From: the human T2T-CHM13v2.0 reference genome, Homo sapiens
Assembly (NCBI RefSeq): GCF_009914755.1
Contig: NC_060929.1
DNA: 64,000 nucleotides
Direction: 5' to 3' (one strand)
In this document: piece after piece, positions 51,570 to 64,000 of the stretch
Layout: the number at the start of each line of letters is the position of its first letter
Numbering within the stretch: position 1 is the stretch's first letter
Notes under the pieces: model-generated
The model's input: the letters and a program-made list of their open reading frames with translations, nothing else
What the model was told of the DNA's origin: nothing
Databases searched by the model: none
Made by a program: the position numbers and the translations under genes

Positions 51570-52587
51570 ATATAAAGAGAGTGGGGGAAGGGAGATTCAT
51601 TTTATATCTATATATATAGATATATAGATATAAATATAGATATAGATAGATAGATATATAAATGGACTTAATGGACAGTACACTGCATTACCTTTATAAT
51701 CCAAAAGAAGGCTGGTAAAGGCTATAAAAATGTATAAAATTACATATACCCACACACATACATGTTTGGGTGTATATATAGATAAATAATAAATCTCCCT
51801 CCCCTTCTACAGCTCAGAGTTAAAAAAACAAACACTTTGAAAAACATATGAATTTGCAAATAAATCTAAGTTTTATAAAGAATTTTTCCAAGTTACAAAA
51901 TATTTTACAGAGTCTTATGAGTAAAAAAAGAATAAAATCTGTGATATGGATTGCATTTTCAAATTGAGGTAAAGATGCAGTGGCTCACAGGCTGATTTGC
52001 TTTAAGCAGAATTTATTTTCTTTCAGACAGTAGCTTTATGAGCCTATGCTGAGACTGGGCAATTCAGAAATTTAAGGGCTGCTCAGACATGCTCTCTTTG
52101 ACCAGGTCAGACAGCCTGTAAGTCTTTGTTCTCAATGGACAGTACACTGCATTACATTTATGATCCAGAAGAAGGCCGGCAGAGGCTATAAAAAATATTC
52201 TTTGCAAGAAAGTTTCCAAGCCATTCAACTGTATAAATTACCTAGATATCTCGCTCTCCACTTAAGGAAAGAACATTTCCCTCCCGCAAAACAGATTACT
52301 TTTTCATTCCTGAATGATTTGTTTTTGGATATTTATTTGCTGGTTTAATTTTTGAATAGGTGTTAAATTTACACAGTCTAAATTTTAAAAATATACATTG
52401 AATGAAACAACTTTCTTCAGTCTCACTCCTTCATCTACCTGTTCCCCATCCTCACCAAAGATAAAACATGAAACCATCATTGTTTCTTTCTTGTGTGTCC
52501 TTCCAGAGGTTTTCTATGCATATAGAAATGAATATGAGTGTATATTCTAATTCCCACCTCTTTTACAGAAAAAAAAGGGGCTAGACT

Positions 52588-52699
52588 TAGGAGGACCGCC
52601 AAGTGTCTGTTAGCCCAGGACTTTCCCAGTTTTAGTGCTTACAGTCCCCTGTCTCTGGAAACGTTTTAACTCTGAGCAACTAGGATAGGTGGCCACTCA
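52588..52699. mobile_element. MER81-like hAT-Blackjack MITE
   Basis: TAGGAGGACC...GCCCAGGACTTTCCCAGTTTTAG...AGTCCC...GGAAAC...GGTGGCCACTC. Confidence 0.65.
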
Positions 52700-52961
52700 A
52701 ATGTCCTTCTATACACTGTCTGACGCCAATCTATTTCAAAGATGTTTTCATCTCCATACCAAAATCTTCTCATTCCTTTTGTATATCTTCATAATTTTAT
52801 AGATACTCCACTATATATTTAATTATTCTCCTGTGGATAGATATGTGAGAGGCTTTTTGGGGTAATCTTTGGCTATAACAAACAGTGCTGCAATGAATAA
52901 GTCTCTACAGAAACATGCAAAGGTATCTTTAGGTTATATTCTCAGAAGTGGAGTTGCTGAG

Positions 52962-53338
52962 TGTATTAGTTTGTTCTCATGCTGCTATAAAGAACTTCCC
53001 AAGACTAGGTAATTTATAAAGAAACACGTTTCATTGACTCACAGTTCCGCATGGCTAGGAAGGCCTCAGGAAAGTTACAATCATGGTAGAAGGGGAAGCA
53101 AACACATTCTTTTTCACATGATGGCAGAAAAGAGAAGTGCTGAGCAAAAGGGGGAAAAGCCCCTTATAAAAACATCAGGTCTCATGAGAACTCACTCACT
53201 GTCACAAGAACAGCAGCATGAGGGTAATGGCCCCTGTGATTCAATTACCACCCACCGGGTTCCTCCCACGACACAGGGGGATTATGAGAACTGTAATTGA
53301 AGATGAGATTTGGGTGGGGACACAGCCAAACCATATCA
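52962..53338 (-). mobile_element. THE1C/D-like solo LTR
   Basis: TGTATTAGT...CAGCCAAACCATATCA; TSD CTGAG at 52957-52961 and 53339-53343. Confidence 0.95.
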
Positions 53339-53473
53339 CTGAGTAAAAGGAAAAATGTGTTTTCTGAGATATTGCCAAATTATCGTCTATAGGGGCTGTG
53401 CCAATAGGCACCCCCATAGAAGTACATGAGAGTGCTTTTCCCCATGGTCTTGCCAAGAGATACTGTTTTAATC

Positions 53474-53597
53474 CATTGAATTGGAAAAAGTCTAGAAGTT
53501 TGAAATACCAGTAGAGTTTTAACTTTAATTTCATTTTTCATTAAATTGGAAAATATCTAGAAGTTTGACATACCAGTAGAGCTTTAATTTCATTTTT
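53474..53597. repeat. ~60-65-bp tandem duplication
   Basis: CATT(G/A)AATTGGAAAA..TCTAGAAGTTTGA.ATACCAGTAGAG...TTTAATTTCATTTTT starting at 53474 and 53539. Confidence 0.9.
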
Positions 53598-54531
53598 TAA
53601 TGGTAGAGGTTGAGCTTTCTTTGCTAGAGAACATTTCGCAATTTCTGTTTCTGAGAACTCTTTATATCTTCTATCTGTTTTTTTTTTCTAATGAACTTTT
53701 CCCTTATGAGAAATATAGCATATTTTTAAGGCAATTTACCATTCCTAAAACTGTTAGTTTCAGAATTTTTTTCAGTTTATAATTTTGTTTTGATTTTTCT
53801 TATTTTTTAATGCAGCTTTTTAAAAATTTTTATGTAGTCAAACTTATCTACCATTTCTTATGGCTTATAGGTTTTGAATCATAGGAAGGCTACCTTTACT
53901 CTCAAGGTTATAGACAAATTTTTTCATTTCTTTCTTTAATATACAATGGTTTGATTTTTTATAATTTAATCAATCTATCTGGCAATTATTCTCATGAATA
54001 GTGGTGTATGGTTCTAACATATTTTTTTCCAGATGGCTACCTAGTTGTCTCAGCACTATTATATTAAATTATCCCACTTTCCTCACTGATTTTAAATGTC
54101 ACTTAAGCATATACTAAGTTTCTGTATGTATCTGGGTCCTTTCCTGAAGTTATTGTTGGTTCCATTGGTCTGCCTATTTATGCTCTGGTATAATATCATT
54201 TTACTTATTGAGGTTTTATCATATATTTTAATATCTGGCAAGGCTATTTGTATCATGACTAGTTTGTTATTCTAGAGTTTTCATGGCTATTCCTAGGTTT
54301 TTATTTTTTACATGAATATTAAAAACTCTAGATACATTAAAAATCATTATTGTGTTTATAAGGATTATACTACATTTATATGTTAACATAAGGAGAATTA
54401 AAATTTTTATGATATTGAACCATTTTTGACCTTAATTTATTAAATTTTAAATCTTCTCTTGTGGCTTTGGCAAACATTTAAGGTTTTCTTTATATGCATC
54501 TTGCACATGAGTTGTTAACCTTATTTCTAAA

Positions 54532-54576
54532 AATTTTACTTTGATTCTATTATGATTATAGAATCAAAGTAAAATT
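54532..54576. repeat. Perfect 19-bp inverted repeat with a 7-nt spacer
   Basis: AATTTTACTTTGATTCTAT (54532-54550) and ATAGAATCAAAGTAAAATT (54558-54576). Confidence 0.97.
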
Positions 54577-55294
54577 ATAATTATGTTTACTTTTTTTTAA
54601 GACGTTATATATCATCCAACTGGTGGTTTATGTGTGTGAAGTTGACAATTAATTTTGTAGCTTCAAAACTTATGCAATCTCTTATTATTCAAATACTTTT
54701 TATCTGATTCTTTTGAGTTTTCTGGGTATGTAATTATACTAACTGCACTAGGAATAGGTCAATTTTCCCCTTTCCAAATTGTATATCTTTATTTCTACTT
54801 TCTAATTGCTTTGGCTTTTAATCTTCAATAATAGTGGCAGTAGTTGGATTCCTTGTCTTGTCCTGAATTTACTGTTTTCTTATTAATTTTGACACTGTGA
54901 TGGACACAGAAAGAGTGTCATACTCAGCAATTCCATTATTGGGTATGTAATCAAAAGAAAACAAATCATTCTACCAAAAGACACACGCACTCACATGTTC
55001 ATTGTAGCATTATTCACAATAGCAAAGGCATGGAATCAACCTAGGTGTCCATCAATGGTGGGTTAGATAAAGAAAATATGGCACTCCTCCAGTAGAAAGT
55101 AAAGTGGGAAGATGGCCAAATAGGAAAAGCTCCAGTCTACAGCTCCCAGCATGAGCGACGCAGAAGACAGGGGACTTCTGCATTTCCATCTGAGGTACCG
55201 GGTTCATCTCACTAGGGAGGGCCAGAGAGTGGGTGCAGGACAGTGGGTGCAGTGCACCGTGCACGAGCCGAAGCAGGGAAAGGCATTGCCTCAC

Positions 55295-55549
55295 TCAGGA
55301 AGCACAAGGGGTCAGGGAGTTCCTTTTCCTAGTCAAAGAAAGGGGTGACAGACGGCACCTGGAAAATCGGGTCACTCCCACCCCAATACTGCACTTTTCC
55401 AACGGGCTTAAAAAACGGCGCACCAGGAGATTATATCCCGCACATGGCTCGGAGGGTCCTACGCCCATGGAGTCTCGCTGATTGCTAGCACAGCAGTCTG
55501 AGATCAAACTGCAAGGCAGCAGCGAGGCTGGGGGAGGGGCGCCCACCAT
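55295..55549 (-). CDS. L1 ORF0 (antisense ORF in the 5'UTR), open 84-aa frame
   Basis: MVGAPPPASLLPCSLISDCCASNQRDSMGVGPSEP... matches the primate L1 ORF0 peptide; ATG (CAT at 55547-55549); expression unknown. Confidence 0.6.
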   Translation of the reverse strand: MVGAPPPASLLPCSLISDCCASNQRDSMGVGPSEPCAGYNLLVRRFLSPLEKCSIGVGVTRFSRCRLSPLSLTRKRNSLTPCAS

Positions 55550-56132
55550 TGCCCAGGCTTGCTTAGGTAAACAAAGCAGCCGGGAAGCTCGAACTTGGTG
55601 GAGCCCACCACAGCTCAAGGAGGCCTGCCTGCCTCTGTAGGCTCCACCTCTGGGGGCAGGGCACAGACAAACAAAAAGACAGCAGTAACCTCTGCAGACT
55701 TAAATGTCCCTGTCTGACAGCTTTGAAGAGAGCAGTGGTTCTCCCAGCACGCAGCTGGAGATCTGAGAATAGGCAGACTGCCTCCTCAAGTGGGTCCCTG
55801 ACCCCTGACCCCTGAGCAGCCTAACTGGGAGGCACCCCCCAGTAGGGGCAGACTGACACCTCACACAGCCAGGTACTCCTCTGCGACAAAGCTTCCAGAG
55901 GAACGATCAGACAGCAGCATTTGCGGTTCATGAAAATCCGCTGTTCTGAAGCCACCGCTGCTGATACCCAGGCAAACAGGGTCTGGAGTGGACCTCTAGC
56001 AAACTCCAACAGACCTGCAGCTGAGGGTCCTGTCTGTTAGAAGGAAAACTAACAAACAGAAAGGACATCCACAGCAAAAACCCATCTGTACATCACCATC
56101 ATCAAAGACCAAAAGTAGATAAAACCACAAAG

Positions 56133-57148
56133 ATGGGGAAAAAACACAGCAGAAAAACAGGAAACTCTAAAAAGCAGAGCACCTCTCCTCCTCCAAAGGA
56201 ATACAGTTCCTCACCAGCAACGGAACAAAGCTGGACAGAGAATGACTTTGAAGAGTTGAGAGAAGGCGGCTTCAGGTGACCAAACTACTCCAAGCTACAG
56301 GAGGAAATTTAAACCAAAGGCAAAGAAGTTAAAAACTTTGAAAAAAATTTAGACGAATGTATAACTAGAATAAGCAATACAGAGAAGTGCTTAAAGGAGC
56401 TGATGGAGCTGAATACCAAGGCTCGAGAACTACGTGAGGAATGCAGAAGCCTCAAGAGCCGACGCGATCAACTGGAAGAAAGGGTATCAGTGATGGAAGA
56501 TGAAATGAATGAAATGAAGTGAGAAGAGAAGTTTAGAGAAAAAAGAATAAAAAGAAATGAACAAAGCCTCCAAGAAATATGGGACTATGTGGAAAGACCA
56601 AATCTACGTCTGATTGGTGTACCTGAAAGTGACGGGGAGAATGGAACCAAGTTGGAAAACACTCTGCAGGATATTATCCAGGATAACTTCCCCAATCTAG
56701 CAAGGCAGGCCAACATTCAGATTCAGGAAATACAGAGAACGCCACAAAGATACTCCTCGAGAAGAGCAACTCCAAGACACATAATTGTCAGATTCACCAA
56801 AGTTGAAATGGAGGAAAAAATGTTAAGGGCAGCCAGAGAGAAAGGTCGAGTTACCAACAACGAGAAGCCCATCAGACTAACAGCGGATCTCTCGGCAGAA
56901 ACTTTATAAGCCAGAAGAGAGTGGGGGCCAATATTCAACATTCTTAAAGAAAAGAATTTTCAACTCAGGATTTCATATCCAGCCAAACTAAGCTTCATAA
57001 GTGAAGGAGAAATAAAATACTTTACAGACAAGCAAATGCTGGAGATTTTGTCACCACCAGGCCTGCCCTAAAAGAGCTCCTGAAGGAAGCACTAAACATG
57101 GAAAGGAACAACTGGTACCAGCCACTGCAAAATCATGCCAAATTGTAA
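56133..57148 (+). pseudogene. L1 ORF1 with premature stops
   Basis: ATG at 56133; in-frame TGA 56277, TAA 56310 and TGA 56520; 1-nt deletion near 57041. Confidence 0.92.
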
Positions 57149-57211
57149 AGACCATCGAGGCTAGGAAGAAACTGCATCAACTAACGAGCAAAATAGCCAG
57201 CTAACATCATA

Positions 57212-61031
<3,820 letters not shown>

Positions 61032-62649
61032 ACAATGAGAACACATGGACACAGGAAGGGGAACATCAAACTCTGGGGACTGTTGTGGGGTGGGGGGAGG
61101 GGGGAGGGATAGCATTAGGAGATATGCCTAATGCTAAATGATGAGTTAATGGGTACAGCACAGCAGCATGGCACATGTATACATATGTAACTAACCTGCA
61201 CATTGTGCACATGTACCCTAAAACTTAAAGTATAATAATAATAAAATAAAATAAAATAAAAAAAGAAAAAATGGCACATATACATCATGAAATACTATGC
61301 AGCCATGAAAAGGAATGACATCATGTCCTTTGCAGCAACATGGTTGTAGCTGGAGGCCATTATTTTAAGTGAATTTGTGCAAAAGCAGAAAACCAAATAC
61401 CACAGGTTTTCATTTATAAATGGGAGCTAAACGTTGAGTACTCATGAACATAAAGATGGCAATAATAGACACTGACTAGGGAGTGGGGGAAGAGCTGAAA
61501 AACTAACTGTTGAGTAATATGCACACTACCTGGGTGATTGGATCATTTATACCCCAAACCTCAGCATCATGCAATATACCCAAGTAGCAAACCCGCACCA
61601 GTATCCCCTGAATCTAAAATAAAAGTTGAATAAAAAAGAAATAATTTGTCATAGTAACTATCTATTCTTATTTTATTGAGTGTATTTTTTAAAAAATCAC
61701 GAAGCATTGTTGAATGTTGTCAGATGCCTTTTTAGTTTGCTTGCAAATGATCATATGAATTGTATCTTTAAATCCAGTAATATGATATATGAATTAATTT
61801 TCTCATATTGGGCCTTTATTGCATTCCTTGAATTCATCTCCACTTGATTGTAATGTATTATCTCTTTAAGTTGCTCCTAGATTTTTGTTTCTGCTAATTC
61901 TTTATTTAGAACTTTTGTTTACCAATTTGTTTTTCCTGTAATCTTTGTCAAATACTGATAAAAGATTTTAGATCGTTTCCTTTTTTCCAATGCTTTTCTA
62001 ATTAAATGCACTTGAATTCCTCAGGATGTAGTATAATTTCTCTAGGTTTGGTGCTTTTTGGGGGTAATTTTCTTTGAAAAATTTCCCTACTTTTTCTTAT
62101 TTTCTGTGTGTTTGCCCTTTCACATTGTCTGCTTCATCTGGAGTTAGCTTTAAATTACATTTTCCCAGGAAATTATTTGATTAATCCAGACTTTCAATTT
62201 ATGTGTATGAAATTGTACAAAGCCTTTCTCATAATTATTTACATTTCTCATGTTTCATTTTTACTTGCTATCTCATGTTTTTGTACTTTTTTTTTCTGAA
62301 GGTAGCTAATGATTATATATTTTATTGGGTTTCTGAAAGAACCAGTATTTGGGTATGTTTTTCAGTTTTATTGTTTTTCTATTTTCTAATTTCTTAGTTT
62401 CTGCTTTCATGTTTTAAAGTCTTTCTTTTTGCTTTTTTCAGTATTTTAGTCATGGTAATTCATTCTTTTTCTTAGTTTTGTCTCCTATTAAGTATTGAAG
62501 ACTCTGAATTTTTCTTTTCATGTTAATTTTCTTGCTTTCCATAAATTTGATTGTTTTCTAGAAGTTCTGTAATTTTAGCTAGTTTTTCCTCTGTGACCAA
62601 TGATTGCTGAGTTAGGATTTTTATAGCTCTAGGTTGAAGACAATTTTTG

Positions 62650-63450
62650 CAAGAAGGTCAAACAGGCACCTCATACAACAGGAAATACAAATGGCTGATA
62701 TGTATATGAAAAGAGTCATAAAGGTATTGTAAATTAACACCATGGAATATCATCATATGCCTACTGGAATGACTAACATCAAAATAAAATGGCTGAAACA
62801 GCCAAGGTGAAGGAGCAATGGGAACTCTCATCTATGACTGGCGGAGGTATAAACTAGTGCGAACACTTCAGAAAGGAATTTGGTAATATCTACCAAAGTG
62901 GAACATACACATGTCCTATGACCTGGCAACTCTATTCCTAGTATCTTACCCACCAGAAATGTGTAAAAATGTTAACCAATCATATATATGAATATTATAG
63001 ATCATACTAATATTACACATAGTAGCACAGAATAAGAGACACAATCAAAATGTCCACCACAGTGGAATGAATAAACTGATTGAGTCACATAATTGAGTAG
63101 TATATGGCACTGAAAATGAATGAACTACAGCTACATATTACAACATGAGTAAATCTCACAAACAGTATTCTCCAAAAGAAGCTTTATGATTCTGACTATG
63201 TTGGTTCAATAACAGTCAATATTAAGCTTTTGTGTTTAGGGATTATTCTAAAATGGTAAAAGCAAGGAAGAGATGACCACATAATGAAAAATATTCGTTA
63301 TATTTAAGAAGACGCAAAAGGTTTGTAATTAGGGATGGATTGCAGAAGGCTTCTAAGATGCTGACAATGTTCTACTTATTGATCAGGGCGATGGGTATAC
63401 CGGTGCTTTTTTTAAAAAAATAATTTGTTAAATTGTTTTATGCATTCGTA
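62650..63450 (+). mobile_element. Ancient L1ME-like 3' end
   Basis: GGAGCAATGGGAACTCTCAT, TGGTAATATCTACCAAAG, CCTATGACCTGGCAACTCTATTCCTAG, GGCTTCTAAGATGCTGACAATGTTCTA. Confidence 0.7.
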
Positions 63451-64000
63451 GGTGTGAAAAGAGCAGTTAACTCACAGGAATTTATAGCTACAATAGAAAC
63501 ATATGGCCTAACCTCTGCTCTACTTTTCTTTGTGCTATATTTTCTTTGTGTTTGTTTCCTTTTATTTTGTATGACAATATGTATGGAAAATAATATTTAA
63601 TTCTGTTCTATTGCCTTTAATTTTGCCAAATATATATTAAACCCAACCTATATTTTTATAATTTTCAATAGACCGTAACTTTTCATTGTTCCTCCTCTAT
63701 AAAGTGATAGGGAGTTTGGCAAAAATTTACCTTGTTCTGTCTTCTCAGCGCTTCATCACTTTCCAGTATTACTCATTTAATCTGGAGCTGTGAGCCAGTT
63801 TATCCTCTGCATTTTTTACAACCACCAAATACTTATTTCAGAATTGGTCATGGTTACTTGCATTTAGTGTCGTAACCAGACTGCAGCTGACCCAGTACGC
63901 TACCATCCCTTGGAACTCCACGACTGCAGTGAGCTCCTGCCGACTTCCGGGTTTCTGACTGCTGGACGCTGCATCTACCAAGCGATGGGGGGAAACAGAT

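Larger units (their letters stand above)
52330..54895 (-). mobile_element. Ancient L1ME-like element hosting the MER81 and THE1 insertions
   Basis: Antisense L1 blocks GCTATAACAAACAGTGCTGCAATGAATA, AGAAGTGGAGTTGCTG, TTCCAGATGGCTACCTAGTTGTCTCAGCAC; similar sequence continues at ~61645-62640. Confidence 0.7.

Noticed and set aside
61086-61108. G-quadruplex-forming G-tract
   Set aside because: It is the standard L1PA 3'UTR polypurine tract.

Overview
This is primate (most likely human or great-ape) AT-rich nuclear DNA, intergenic or deep-intronic and dominated by transposable elements. It holds three full-length but inactivated LINE-1s of different ages: L1PA7-like (-) at ~7063-13517, L1PA13-15-like (+) at 43266-49730 and L1PA3-like (+) at ~55085-61261. 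It also has about a dozen Alus, three THE1 solo LTRs with 5-bp target-site duplications (TSDs), LTR8/LTR33/LTR47/MLT LTRs, Tigger/MER DNA-transposon fossils, and many MIR, L2 and old L1M fragments. I found no recognisable host protein-coding exon, tRNA, rRNA or CRISPR array, and the only recognisable proteins in the ORF track are L1 ORF0/ORF1/ORF2 pieces. I see no evidence for a new biological system. The most notable signals are: several templated-insertion or fold-back repair scars, one copied from 4.6 kb away into an L1; a likely 5' transduction and an intact ORF0 in the L1PA3; an RFX/forkhead/CRE/CCAAT motif cluster in unique DNA at ~29.5 kb; a 14-bp E-box tandem array; and a CpG/ETS-rich right edge. 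Repeat subfamily names are from remembered consensus sequences and need RepeatMasker confirmation.
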